Assembly: GCA_024679065.1 (NCBI GenBank)
Contig: JAGIQG010000013.1
Coordinates: 53,568,001 to 53,632,000 of the forward strand
Direction of reading: 5' to 3'
Length of the DNA stretch: 64,000 nucleotides
Source: Sphyrna mokarran
Lineage: Eukaryota
Each line of letters opens with the position of its first letter. Positions within the stretch are counted from its first letter, which is position 1. A program made the position numbers and the translations under genes. Shown in pieces: positions 25,100-38,320 of this stretch. The notes beneath the pieces are model-generated. The model did not search any database. It saw nothing but the letters and a program-made list of their open reading frames with translations, and was not told the DNA's origin.

Positions 25100-26770
25100 C
25101 AGATGACTTCTTATATAGCAGTAAAATAGGTAATCTATTCCTACTGTCTTTCTTAACCAGTCTGCAGTCTTTGAGATAGTTTACCACATTATCCTTCTCC
25201 AATTCCATTCCACTTCATCCAGCTGCTTTCACCCGGTCCCATTCCTACGTATCTAATTACAGCCAGCGGATATTTGTAATAAATGGTCTTCCTATTCTTG
25301 CATCATTATTTCAGGTGCCCTCAATGGCCCCGTTTTATTTGCATGTACATATTGTCTCTTGGTGACATCATCCAAAGGCACAAGCTTAGTTTACACATGT
25401 ACATTGATGCCAAGCAGATGTATCATCACCTTACTTAACTCCTCCACTGTTGCTAATTTAAAGATTGTTTATCTAATATCCAGTGCTGAATGAGCAGAAG
25501 TTAGCTCCAAATAAATATTGGGAAGTCTGAAGCCTTGCTTCAAACTCCATTTCCGAGCCTCCATTTCCTTTACTCTCTCTGAAGTAACAGTCTGAGATTA
25601 AGTTATCTGTTCACAATCTTGGTGTCACATTTGATCCTGAGATAAGCTTCCAAACTCATAATCATGCCATCACTAAGATTGCCTATTTTCACCTCTGTAA
25701 CATTGCCTGTCTTTGCATGTCTCAGCTCATCTAATGCTGAAACCTTCATTCATAACTTCACTACCTTTAGACTTAACAATTACAACAGATCTCCCATATT
25801 CTATCCTCCATAAACTTGATGCCATTCAAACCTCTGCTGCCTACAATTTATCTCACAGCAAGTTCTGCTTCCCCTATCACTTCTGTGTTTCCTGACCTGC
25901 ACTGACTCCCAACAATCAACATCTAGAACAAAGAACAAAGCAAAGTAAGTGCTGGAACAGGCCCTTCAGCTCTCTAAGTTGATGCCCTAACTAAAAAAAA
26001 AAACTGCCCTTACTCAGTCCATATCCCTCTATTTCTTCCCTATTCATGTACCCATCCAGATGCCTCTTAAACATTACCTCTCCAGCAACCTCTAGTAACT
26101 TGGTCCCAGGGGACTTATCTACCTTAATGCAATTTAGGATATTCAACGCTTCCTCCTTTGATATATTGACATTCTTGACAGCATACACACACCTATCCCT
26201 GACCTCAATATCCACATGTCTTTCTCCTTGGTGACTACCGATACAAAGTACTCATTAAGAATTTCACTCACTTCTTGTGGTTCCATGCATAACTTCCTTC
26301 CATTGTCCTTGAGTGTGCCTACTTTTTCTCTTGCTACCCTCTTCTCCAAATAGATGCATAAAAAGCCTTTGGATTCTCCTTGACCCTGTTTGCCAAAGAC
26401 TCTAGTTTTTATAACTCTCACCCTCATTTCAAATCTTTCTATGGCCTCATTTAGTCCTCTTTGCAATCTTCTCCATCCCCACAACCATCCAAGATACCTG
26501 CACTTCTTGAATTCTAACTTGTCATGTTATAACTGATCCACCATTAGAGGCCATGCCTTTAGGTGCTTAGATCCCAAGTTATAGAATATCGTTCTCACAT
26601 CTCTTGACATCTCTACTTCACTTCCCTCCTTCAAGACAGTTCTTAAAATATACTTTGTTGATGAAGCTTTTGGTCTATGATTGCTTATATCACTCATTAT
26701 CATTTTTTTCTAATGTGAAGAACCTTTATTTACATTAAAGGCACAATATAAATATAAGTTGTTCTTGTTA
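25100..26770 (+). mobile_element. L2 LINE ORF2 remnant split by a CR1 insertion
   Basis: Degenerate HMYxDxxQ, LGVTFD and RLD-type segments; the 3' tail resumes after 26420. Confidence 0.7.
25925..26410 (-). mobile_element. CR1/HER1 LINE fragment with internal deletion
   Basis: EILNEYFVSV, IKVDKSPG and FKRHLDGYM motifs, plus agaacaa-type tail. Confidence 0.85.
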
Positions 26771-26789
26771 TTGCTCTCATCATTTTACT

Positions 26790-27200
26790 CTGTTGCTCCA
26801 TTAAAGAACTCAGTCAAATTAATCATAGTTTGCCTTCAACAACTCCATGCTGACTTTCTATTATTAGCACATTCTTTTCCAAATGCCTATTAATTTTGTC
26901 CTGGACTATTGTTCCTCAAAGATTCACAAGCACAGACATTTGGCTGTATGACCTCTAATTGCTGGGTTTATCTCTTTGCATCTGTAAACATTTGCAAACC
27001 ATCAATCCACAGGTCTCACTCCCAGATCCAGGGAAGATTTGATGATTGTGGATGGTGATCCTGTAATTTCCACCCTTATTTCCCTCAGTAATCTAGGATG
27101 GGGTCCTTCTGGAGCAGGTGACTCTTCTGCTTTGAGGATTGCCAACTTTCAAAACACCATCACTTTATCCATTTTTGTCCTATCCACTAATTCTGTTGCC
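26790..27200 (-). mobile_element. Old CR1-type LINE fragment
   Basis: Degenerate similarity to CR1 ORF2 (KSPxPxG and RPxSL regions). Confidence 0.5.
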
Positions 27201-27298
27201 TCTTTCTTTACTTCAACATGTTGTTTTCTATATTCTTATGTATCTAGAACAAGCTGTGACCAAACTCCACTCTAATTTCTCCCCTGTACACTACTTAC

Positions 27299-28385
27299 AT
27301 AAAATTTCTATTCCAGTTTGATTGTAAATCCCAAAAGAATATAAAGAAATCTTTGTGAAACATTTGACTGATTTACTGATAGGCAGTAGTGGGTTTTGTG
27401 AGTTTGAGGCTGCTGATTTACCATAGAGAAGCTGCTAAATCACATCAGAGCAGTATTAATCTGGGACTAAATTATAATTTCTAACCAATCAGTACATAGA
27501 GTTCACAATGCAGTAACTGAGCAGCTGATGAATTTTCTTAGTTATTTTAAGCCTGTCATTTTGTCACCTTTAAATATTTGAATTATACATTCTCCCAGTA
27601 TGAATGATGATCAAAAACCTACTTTCTAATGCATAAGTGAAATTAGTTATTTAAAAAGCATAATGCTCTGGGTTGGGAAATCTGTGGCTATATTGCCACA
27701 GTGTGGTATTTCAAATGCGTAATATAAACATGATAGGTAAGATGTGATAAATATCTCCATTCACAAAGGTGACTGCAACAAGTAATCTGGCCAGCCTGAC
27801 TTGTCAAGATGCATTTATAATCTCTCCCTGGTGACTATCTATATATAGACCTTCCTCCTCCCCGCAGTATTTATTCTGCCATTTTAGCAGGTCCTTATAA
27901 TTTGTGAAAATGTTCCAACTCATTTGCAACTAAAGCCAATTAACTCAACACCAATGCTAATGAGCTGCAAAAATAACACGTGAAACAAATCCCTAAAAGA
28001 TTATAAATCACAGAATCCTGAGCTGCAACATTAAAATAAATGACATTTCCCCATTCATAATAATCTCTGAACAAACGGCACTCGTGGAATAAAGGATATC
28101 ACAGTGTAATTGTTGTAGTAATTTAAATAAAATTGAGTTGTCATATTGGGCAATGGCATTTGAAAAAGAATTAGGTTTTGAACCTTTATCACCATAAGTA
28201 TGTAAAAGGGCATGGGGACCTTGAATGTCTGTCTGATTATTGTTGCCTCCCTCTGGGGCTTCACCTCGACTTGACTTCTGAACCTGATGGTCAATTCAGA
28301 GCAGGAATTCAGTGGATGGATTCGCAATGCTACAGCCAGCAGGAGAACCCCTGTCACACTGACAACTATTCATTTCATATCTTGC
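27299..28385 (-). CDS. Candidate large exon (internal structure uncertain)
   Basis: Acceptor gcaaacag| after an AT-rich 115-nt intron, donor TAT|gtaagt. Includes the 100-aa ORF 28055-28357. Confidence 0.5.
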
Positions 28386-28500
28386 CTGTTTGCATTCAAT
28401 TAAATTTTAAAATTAATTTTTCAACATACACAGGTTTAAATGTTAACATTTTTAAAAAATATACTTAATTTATAAAATTGGAATGAACAGCACTACTTAC

Positions 28501-29061
28501 AGGTCCATGTAACCTGGAAGAACCTATTCTTTTTTGACTATGGATATATCCCTTGTGTCCACAGAAAACAGAACACTTTCTGCTCCTTACGCTCATTACT
28601 GAACAATAAAAGAGGATATCTGTGAAATTGCAGCACAGCCCAGATTTAAAGGGAAAAAAATGGGTTACTGCAAATCACTACAGGGAGATGCAATGCGAAC
28701 TACCTCACTGAAGGAGTTGAGTCAATGCTTCTACAAAGCAAAGCTAGTTTTGTTTCATCTGGAAATCGATATAATGATTCTGAAGAATTATCTTTTCTCT
28801 TATCCATGGCACCTAGGCTTTAAGTCAATTGATGGGATTTTGGAGACAGATTCTCTGACTTTTCAATAAAACCACAGTCAGACACACAACAAAAATCTGA
28901 AATTGGCTCCATTGGTAAACAGCTACAAAATATGTTTCATTTATTTAAAAATAAAACAGAATCTACAAATGTGATCTTTTGTACCTAATACATCGAATGA
29001 GGCTGCGAACGGGTCATATAAAGTTGAATTAACAAGGCACAAGGGATGATTGTTCTCTTAT
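28501..29061 (-). CDS. Candidate exon block (1-3 exons: 29061-28985, 28922-28704, 28598-28501)
   Basis: Acceptor cttctgcttttag|, final donor CCT|gtaagt. CpG-retaining; SLYRFPDETKLALLCRSI segment. Confidence 0.5.
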
Positions 29062-29139
29062 CTAAAAGCAGAAGTGACACAAATTTAGCTATATAGGTTA
29101 GCTGACAATTCGTTTCTTTCAATTTTCCCACCTCTCCTG

Positions 29140-29900
29140 CTGAATGCAGTGACCGATCTTTTGAATGCAGCCCTGATCTTCCTGATCCCCATCTTTGGCA
29201 GTCCCCATGTCCCCAGCAACCCCAATGCCCCCGCAACAACACCCCGCCTCCCCTGCTACCTGGATGACCATCCCCAATTACCCCCTTTCCTCTTTCTCCC
29301 AGTGATCCTGGGAGAATGGTAGCAGGTCACTCCATCCTCTCTAATCAGCTCCCCAACAGACACTGCTCCTTTCTGGGCCCATCCTCTTGGCAGTGCCCAA
29401 TGTCCAGTTGGAAGTGTCACTTTGTCCCTTGATCAATGTCAGAGGGTCAGGCCGGCATCCATCCTCCTTACTCTCGACCTCCTGGGGGGTGCCTCCATGG
29501 CTTTCCTTTCCTCTTGCGGGGTCTGGACGCTTGTTCTCTGTTTGTGGGGAGTTGTTGTAAGCCCTGCTGGAGAGAACCACTCCTGGTGGGGGTGGGGAGG
29601 ATGCGGCGAGGGGGGAGAGGAGATGCTAGTAGGCTCAGAAACTTCAGTCCGGGCCTGATAATCGGATGATAATTCTCATTTAAATCAGCTCTGCACCAAT
29701 TTCCAGTGCGGAGCTTATAGCTTCAATAATCTGATCCCCGGAGATATGTGGAGACCATGGCGTCCAATGGGGAGCCTGCTAAACTGCCTCTGCTGATGTC
29801 TGCCAGCCCATTGCATTGTTAGAGCAATGCAGCAGTGTGCCATCCACCCTACCAACCACCCCCCTTCACCCCCTGCCCTCCCAAATTTTCAAAGAGGGAG
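29140..29900. mobile_element. GC-rich interspersed repeat related to 50602-51609
   Basis: Shared atcagctc.g..cc.atttcc and gagc.atgcagca blocks. Confidence 0.55.
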
Positions 29901-30191
29901 GCATTCATGTCATCGATAAGACCAGAAAAATGCAACAAAGTGGAACGGAGCTGCAATGAGGTGAGAGACAGAAGATAGCGATTTCTGGGGCCCAGGCCCA
30001 GGGGATGGTTTATCAGAGTCATAGCTTGATTGCTTGTTTCATCAAGCTCACACTTCAACTTTGCTTGGTTGGAGTTAATGTATAAATGTCTGGCTCAAGT
30101 GGATGCTCTGAGACATATTAAATTTTACTAAAGGTTGTGCACAAAATTTAAGATCTCCATGAGTGCAGACAAAACAACTTAGCCCCCATAC

Positions 30192-31430
30192 GTGGTGGGG
30201 TGGGGAAGTTATTGGAACAATTAAGAGATAAGACGCTTAAGTTTGTGATTATCTTTCTGAATGTTTGCATTATTATGTTAAAACGTTTATCTTGATGAGG
30301 TATAATGTGAGCTGGGTGGGGAACTGATGCATTTGCATCAAAGTTTCTTTTGCAATATTCAATGATAAGATCAATGTTATTCAACATGATTTGTGAGTAA
30401 CAAAATTAAATGTGACTGGTTTGGAAAGAGAGAGACTTAAACAGTTAACCAGTGAAGAACCAGTCTTACAATGTGGATGACAGAATAACAACATGAGAAA
30501 CCTTTAATCATAAAAATATTGTGAGAGGAATCTGTTAGATTTTTTTCCTTCTCTCAATCAGTATTTGGGTTAATTAGATGTTGGTGTATTAGGGCTCTTC
30601 CCAGCAGTCCAGCATAAAGTCTGCCCAGTCGTGAGTTTTCACCGCTTGTGCCCAGTCATCTAGAACTGGGAATCTGGGGCGAAATGGGGAAAGGATTTGT
30701 GCAAATCTAGAATTTTGTTGGTCATGTTGATGAATTGACATTTTCCCCTTTGGAAGATGGATTACACTGAAATTTAGCTGATTCTAAGGTGAGTATATGT
30801 GAATTACCCTAGTAAACAGAATAATTAGGGCAGGAAGGGAAAGGAATATGTTAATATTATCCGGAGATTTAGTGCATTCATATACCAGTTGATATCTAAA
30901 ACCTTCACAGATACATAAGTTGATGCCTTTCAGAGTTTAAAATACTCCAAAACTCAGCACTAGATTGCATATTAATGCTAAAGATTAGTAGCCTTGACTT
31001 GATGAGTACAAATCACCAACGGCAAATGTTTTCATTATTTGTCTGATCTACTTGCCTTTCACCATTGTTTTCCTGCAGTAATCAGGAACAGTGAGAATTG
31101 CCACAGAAATAAATCAGAAGTTAGCACATAGTGACCTGGCCCACTGCAATGTCACAGAATGATGCTCTTCCCTGAAAGAATGGACACAATTATTTCAGAA
31201 AAGTCTGCAGATGTGCATCAACCACGTAAACCCATGAACACAATAACTGCTGAAAGCTCCCAATGAGTATCTTAGGATTGGAGGCAAAACAGAAGCTTTA
31301 TTTGTTCTGCAATCAGCCAGGCATGCCAGCCTGGAGAACTTGTGATAGCTGATCAATAACTTCAAATGAAGCTGACACATGCTCAGAAAACCTGAAAGCT
31401 CAAAAAGAGCCCTAAATATAGACCTAGAAC
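30192..31430 (-). CDS. Candidate large exon or exon block
   Basis: Acceptor ctcaccttccctgcag|, donor CAC|gtatgg. Covers ORFs 31195-31482 and 30148-30387. Confidence 0.35.
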
Positions 31431-32744
31431 CTGCAGGGAAGGTGAGATGTAACTCTGGTGACAACGAAAAATAGATAGTCACTCTGTTGTACGCCCTGTC
31501 TGATTTTCAGTTTTTGCTGCTCAGTTTTCTGAAATTGGGCCCAATTTACACTATTGTCCAAGCATAATTTCACTTTAGTAGTTACATTGGGATGGTGAGG
31601 TATCTTGTAACTTGAGCTGCAGATTTTTATCCATTGCTAGTGTTGTGGAACATCAGAATATAAATTATATGAGTTTTCCTTCAATTTTGTGGGGAAATTT
31701 CAGGTTACGATAGAGGTTTATTGGTACTTTGATTGCTGAAATGTTTTAAGATTGTTCATAGCCTTGACACAATGAAATGGAGACTCTCCTCTCTGTGACC
31801 AGCTATTTCTAAAATGTTAGAAACCGACGAAAGATCCTTAAATTGGATTAAAGTTTGTCTCTCTGTGATTCTAGAACAAAGAATCTACTGTATAGTTTTG
31901 AAAACTTGTTTCTTGTCATCTCTGTGGAGTATTAATGAGTTATACAAAGGCCAAAGCTGCATTTAATGAGCAAAGCTAGCTAGAAGTAGATGGAACATCT
32001 GCTAAGACAAAAGCCCTGCAACTTTCCTTTGAATCCAGATGATGAATATATATCCTTTGTCAAAGATGGTGGAGAAGTGGAGTCATGTGATTTGGGCTTC
32101 TGGCTTGTGAGACAAGTAATATTGCCTTGCCAAACTGAAAAGTTGGAGTGCTATTTTGCATCTGAATAATAGGTCATAAAAGGAGCTTTGGCCAAGGGTG
32201 AGCACTTGGTCCCAGCTACCCTGCTTCTGTTAAAAGTTCTGTGCTATCATCTAGATAGACCAAAGCATCTCTGTGTGCCTATCTGATTTTGTGAAGTCAC
32301 GAGATGAGATAGACACACAGTCTTTCTCAGAAAGTGGAATTCTATAACATTGGTTTTCAGCCCAACTATCTCAATGAAGTATGATCTCATCGGACTTTGA
32401 TTCTGGACTCTGGAACTCATGTGAGCCAATATTTATTTTCTCCATGATTTCTGCTCTGTAAAACATTTATTCTCTATTTCTTTCTTTACTGTCCACAGGT
32501 GGAGATGACGTTGTGACCTGCCTTTCATGTTTTGAGCCATGCAAAAAACTATTTGAGATCATCCTGTTTCAGGTTTGCTGTGGGGTTATTGTAGAACATT
32601 GGATAACCACTGCTTATTAAGGGGACAGAAATGTTAAAACGTGTTTCTGTTTATGAACAGGTGCTGAGAAGAGAAATTAGTGCTGTTTGAATTAAACTTT
32701 CTGTCCAAAACATCTCTTTCATTATCTAGTTATTTCTGGCATCC

Positions 32745-33185
32745 TTCACTAACTCTCATCCAGTTCACACCAACACTCTTCATTATTTCCCACCCAGTTC
32801 ACACCAATACTCTTCATGAACTCTCATCCAGTTCACACCAACACTCTTCATTATTTCCCACCCAGTTCACACCAACACTCCTCATTAACTCCCACCTAAT
32901 TCACACCAACACTCTTCATTAACTCTCATCCAGTTCACACCAACACTCTTCATTAACGCCCACTTAGTTCACACCAACACTTCTCATTAACACCCACCCA
33001 GTTCACACCAACACTTCTCATTAACACCCACCCAGTTCACACCAACATTTTCATTATCTCCCACCCAGTTCACACCAACACTCTTCATTAACACCCACCC
33101 AATTCACACCAACACTTCTCATTAACATCCACCCATTAACACACTTCATTATCTCCCACCCAATTTACATTGGCACTCTTCACCT
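32745..33185. repeat. Minisatellite, about 33-34 bp unit, about 13 copies
   Basis: Unit approximately ccagttcacaccaacactcttcattaactcccac, tandem with no spacers. Confidence 0.95.
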
Positions 33186-33239
33186 TGCCACGCTTCTATG
33201 TTTATATATTAACTTCTCACCACCTTTTCCCCCTCAGTT

Positions 33240-33545
33240 CATATCACAGAATCCCGACAGTGCAGAAGGAGATCATTCAGCCCATCGAGTCTGCACTGAC
33301 AACAATCCCACACAGGCCCTATCCCTGTAACCCCACATATTTATCCTACTAATTCCTCTGAAACTAAGGAACAATTTCTCATGGCCAATCAACCTAACTG
33401 CACATCTTTGGAGTGTGGGAGAAAACCGTAGCATCTGGAGGAAACACAGATATGGGGAGAGTGTGCAAACTCCATATAGACATTCACCTGAGGCTGGGTT
33501 GAACTCAAGTCTCTGGCGCTGTGAGCACCACTGTGCCAATGTACT
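33240..33545 (-). mobile_element. HE1-type V-SINE
   Basis: Reverse complement of the HE1 consensus blocks. Confidence 0.9.
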
Positions 33546-34359
33546 GCTCAATGTCTTTTCTCAATTCATATCAATTTAAATGGGATCTTCGCCTCTGTGA
33601 TCACTCTTTACATGCATGTTGACTTTCTTGTTTGCCCCACTCAATATTTCCTTTCTGGAATAATCCCACCTGAAGTTATTACTGGACTTGTCTCCTCATT
33701 GTTCTTTTAATGAAATCTCCAATTTCCTCAGTTCACAATGACATTTTTAGCCCATCTATTCCACTTCATGCTGACACTCTATCCTGGAAATTCAAGTCAT
33801 CATTCATTCCTTTTCCATCTTTTCCATACACTGACATTGTTTTTGTCTCCAGTTCACTTTTGCTGGTACTCTTCTTCCTCCTTTCCCAAGTTCAAACCTG
33901 CGCTCTGTTCCTCATTCAGTTTTACTCAGATTCTTCATTGCCCTTAATTCAAGCTGATTTTCTTCTGCTATCTCCCTCATGGCCTTTGCAAACAATCATC
34001 TCCCTTCCCTCCTTTCCCCTTTGGCTCTCTCCCAGTTTTCCACTCCACAAGTACCACCCTCGCTTGAGCCTGCTGTCGTTCTCCAGAGAGTTGAACTTCA
34101 TTGTGTGATGTGAAATCCTGACCAACTCTGGTGACAAGTGCCATCTATACTGCCCAACTGTGTACATAATCCCACTCCAGAATGGGAGCAATGACAAGTT
34201 GGAGCTGGAGGTGAACCAAAAAGGAAGATCTTGGAGTCATGGGAGAGAAGGAAATCAGAGCAGTGATGGGGAGGGAGAGTTCAGGACATTGCTGGTGTTG
34301 CTAAGTTGCTGTCTGACTTAAAATAGTCACTGCTGTTGCTAAACATGGGCAGTTTTGAT

Positions 34360-34770
34360 ATAGTTACTCATACCATTGGAATCCTCCAATGAATCCCCAT
34401 CATGACCCCCTCCATGGCCCACTCTTCCTGCAATCTCCCCTGCATGCCAGCCCCTCCCCTTTGCCAGTCTCCCACACCTGCTGATCTCCCTCCTTTGTAC
34501 GCCACCCTGCAGAACTCCTGCCCCTCACAAAACCCCCCCTGAGTACAACTCCCCTCTTGCTTCCCCCCACCCTTCATAGTCATTCCCTTCGCACTTCCCT
34601 GGGGCTGTTATGGTGCCTGGTGGGTACTGCCAAAGTGCCTGATTGGCACTGTCAGGCTGGCAATGCCTGATGGACACTGTCTGGCCATGCCACCCAGATG
34701 CTTACATTTGAGTAAGCCCTTTTGTTCTACCAAGGCTAGAAGCCGTTCTGCTTTCCCACTGACCAGGGAA
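34360..34770. mobile_element. GC-rich repeat fragment
   Basis: C-rich tract with ggcactg/ggcaatgcc motifs as in the other GC-rich elements. Confidence 0.4.
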
Positions 34771-34909
34771 CTGTCTACCTATGAGGCAAATAAACGTACT
34801 GGGGTGAAAATAATTTGTAAAAGCAACTAATAGAAATCTCACAGACTATTCCAAGAAAGAAACAAACTGTCCTGTGCCACTGTACTAAAGAAATCATTTC
34901 CCCCATTAC

Positions 34910-35087
34910 CTTCCAAGAGTGAAGTGTCATAAAGCATCCTGTAGCACACTGCAGAATTTTGTAATAAGTCTTTGACAATACGGATGATGACATACAAAAA
35001 AGAAATGAGTAAAATGCCCTTGATGATTGTTATCAAGTTGGAATTATTCCAGGACTATTTATTGTTCCAGTTGTGCAATTATCATTT
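34910..35087 (-). CDS. Candidate exon, 178 nt
   Basis: Acceptor catctgcccttag|, donor AAG|gtaatg. Confidence 0.6.
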
Positions 35088-35212
35088 CTAAGGGCAGATG
35101 TAATAACAAGGAAAGGTAATTTTAATGGTTTTTAATCTGAACCTCTATATAAGTCTATTCTGCCATCATGTGGTTTTTTAATAGTATTTCAGATATTTTA
35201 CTTCCGCCATAC

Positions 35213-35386
35213 TTAATACAAATGCACATTTCATAGAAGAAGAAATTGCTCCGATCAAATGCAGCTGATAGAGGCTAAACGTCCAGTCCTTCAGGTTATA
35301 TAGTGCATTCCACAGGGAAAACTGCACAAAGTATTTTACGCAATGTTTACACCTGGAGTGGCGCTAGGCAATGAGTCATTAAATTG
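35213..35386 (-). CDS. Candidate exon
   Basis: Acceptor tttttcacaatccatatacgttag|, donor TAA|gtatgg. CpG-retaining; RCKHC motif in one frame. Confidence 0.5.
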
Positions 35387-36289
35387 CTAACGTATATGGA
35401 TTGTGAAAAAAATGATTCAAGTAAGTAAGCAGAGGAGTGAAGGCACTTAAAGACACTGTTCAAATGAACATGCAGCATTTAAGCTTGTCACTGACAAACA
35501 AAAATCAAAAGAATCGTGGGGCAAAGGATGAGGATTTAATCAAGAAAATTCTAACATCAATAGGAATATAACAAAGTTCAATAAATATCAGGAGAGACTT
35601 GTATAGTGATCCTGCACCCAGAAGAATATTACAGTACTTAAACATAACTGGATGAAAATACTTATTGTATAAATGGCAGGCTTTGTTCAGAAATTTAGAA
35701 ATCTAAAACTGGAAAGTCAATTGCAGAAGGCCTTTCACCAAAAGATCGTAATTAATACAAATGCTGGCTTATCAGGACTTCAAGCTGCCAAACAGTGCAT
35801 ACATGTTGGTATCAGATCTTCTGCATAGGGTCCCATAGATAGTTACAAATGTATTAATTCTGAGGTCTCTGATGTTCAAAATGAAAGCTGAAACATATCT
35901 GGAATACTGCAGCATTCTTTTTAATACTTAATGACATTGTAGTGTCTTCTTCTTTGGCAGTTCCTCAGGTTCGAAGATGAGTTCTGCAGTGATTGAATAG
36001 TCCATTTCTGGAGCCACAGGATTGGAAGGGGGTGTTTGATGAGGTGGGTGGGTGGAAACTCTGGATTCATATATTCATAAAGTATGTACACATATGAAGT
36101 ACGGATCTATGTGTAAATGTGCAGGTGGACACATATAAAGTATGAATGCATATGTTTATAAAGTATGTACACAGGATATAATTTGAATCTAATTTGCACA
36201 TTGGGAAATTAATGTCATCAAGTATGCAATCTGCTTTACACACCATCTAATTTCAGTATGTATAAAATGAGCAGTCAGTGTGATCTTAC

Positions 36290-36431
36290 CTTGTCACTTA
36301 TCAACTGATTTGGATAACATAAAATTATGGGTGATCAATAAAACAATAGGAGTGCCAAAGTTTTAAAAATTTGGAAGTGTTTATGGGAAAGTCTAGATGG
36401 TACTTTAATGAAATTGCACTTGAAGAAGAAA
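36290..36431 (-). CDS. Candidate exon, 142 nt
   Basis: Strong donor AAG|gtaaga, acceptor atatctgtag|. Confidence 0.55.
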
Positions 36432-37296
36432 CTACAGATATTGGAATATTTCCTGCCTTTCCTTCATATTCCTCTAGCTGATGGAAGGGGATTCAAACCT
36501 GGGTTCCTGGAGCACAACCTTGCATTTTTGGATTACTCTTCCAGTGACAGCACCAAGGCCATCACCTCCCCATGTTGGTGATAATGTTAATGAGGTGAAA
36601 ATACAGCTTGCAAAATCACCATATCATAGACATTGGGCTGGCCAAACATGGATAGCCCCCATTCTTGACTACTAAAGATCCATTAGGAAAATGGGAATTT
36701 TTAGGAAAAAGTGATAGAGATTCCCAGTGGAATAGAACTCCCATTCATCCTGGCTTCCTGACTGAAGTTGGTACAACCAGCTGTCAGCAATGAAACATCC
36801 CAGCTACACATTCCTGAGTTCAAAACCATTGACTGTAATTCCAACTTCAGTACAATAATGAATTGTAAGGATATGGAGGGTGTTACCACCATATGATTGT
36901 TTTGAGAGTGGAATTTAACTATTAGAAGTCATTGTGGCGGTGTTTTACCATGTTTCCCTTTCAGCTCATGGCTTCCCTGCACTTCAAGAAGCTTAAGTAT
37001 AATGCAGGCAATGTTTTCCCTATTAATTCTCTTACATTCCTGTGTGATTTCTGGATTTATTTCCCAAAATCAAGGGAAAGTACAAATATAGAAAAAGAGT
37101 ATCTCTTCTGATTCTTACTTAACCAGTGCTCCCCTCCACAAAAAGTAGGTGGTTGTTTATCTTATTGCTGTTTGTGACATGTTGTTGCTGCAGAATGGCT
37201 GCTGTGCCTGGTCTAGATAACAACAGTTCAATGGATTTGAGTCATTTGAAGTCATTTTGACTTTGGATGATAGTGTATAATGTGATAAATATTTAC

Positions 37297-37629
37297 CCTC
37301 ATTTTCCTTTCAGGGAAGGTATATGTGTTCAAGCCAAAATTGTCCAAAATCAAAATAACTTTCATGTGTAAAGCATTATCAGACATTGAGACTTTATAAA
37401 CGGAAGTACAATATCATCATAAATGTGCCACATTTAGAACGAAAAGCATGCATTTGAGATATGGTTGTCGCCTTGTTATGTTTTCAGGAAATATGCATCT
37501 GAGCTCCAAGTTCATACTCAAGGCACAAATACACTGACAGAGTTAGTTTTGATGGCTTTTGTATGGTGTCTCTGCTCTGAAGATAGCAGATTGTCCTCCT
37601 GACATTTGTCAGCTGCTGTTACTGGACAA
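37297..37629 (-). CDS. Candidate exon, 333 nt
   Basis: Acceptor ttctaatttggttatcag|, donor AGG|gtaaat. Confidence 0.5.
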
Positions 37630-37659
37630 CTGATAACCAAATTAGAAGGATAGAATCAG

Positions 37660-37930
37660 GCAGCAAGGTGGTGCAGTGGTTAGCATTGTGCTTCACAATT
37701 CCATGGANNNNNNNNNNNNNNNNNNNNNNNNNNNNNNNNNNNNNNNNNNNNNNNNNNNNNNNNNNNNNNNNNNNNNNNNNNNNNNNNNNNNNNNNNNNNN
37801 NNNNNNNNNNNNNNNNNNNNNNNNNNNNNNNNNNNNNNNNNNNNNNTTTCACCAGGTGCACAGATTTTCTCCCACAGTCCATGGATATGTCAGTTAGGTG
37901 GATCGGACATGGTAAGTTGTCCCTTGATGG
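37660..37930 (+). mobile_element. V-SINE spanning the assembly gap
   Basis: Head gtgcagtggttagca before the gap, ctcccacagtcca after it. Confidence 0.75.
37708..37846. other. Assembly gap (139 N)
   Basis: Run of n. Confidence 1.
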
Positions 37931-38320
37931 TTACGTGAGTGACTGTATGCGTGTCTTGCAATGAAATAGCGACAAGACAATGGTGTACTTTGCTTAATGC
38001 CCAGATAGGCTCTAAATTGGAGTAAGCGGTGAAGTGAAGAAGTGAAACATAGAATCATACAGCACATAAAGAGGCTATTTAGCCTCTCATGTCTGTACAG
38101 CCTTTGAAAGAACTAATTAATTCCAAACCCATGCTCTTCCCTTATGGCCATGCATTCTTTTCCTTTTCATATAATTATCCAATTTCCATTTAGAAATTGC
38201 TTCTGAATCTGTTTCACCATCCTCTCAGACAGCACATTTCAGATTATAACAACTCCCAGCATGACAAAAATGTCTCTTTCCCCAGTTCTCTTGCCAGTTA
38301 TCTTAAAACTCCTGCTAACA

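Noticed and set aside
31560-32700. Plus-strand splice acceptors and possible LTR remnant
   Set aside because: No paired LTR, primer-binding site or coding motif could be supported.
32745-33185. CRISPR-like array
   Set aside because: Units are contiguous with no unique spacers, in a vertebrate context.
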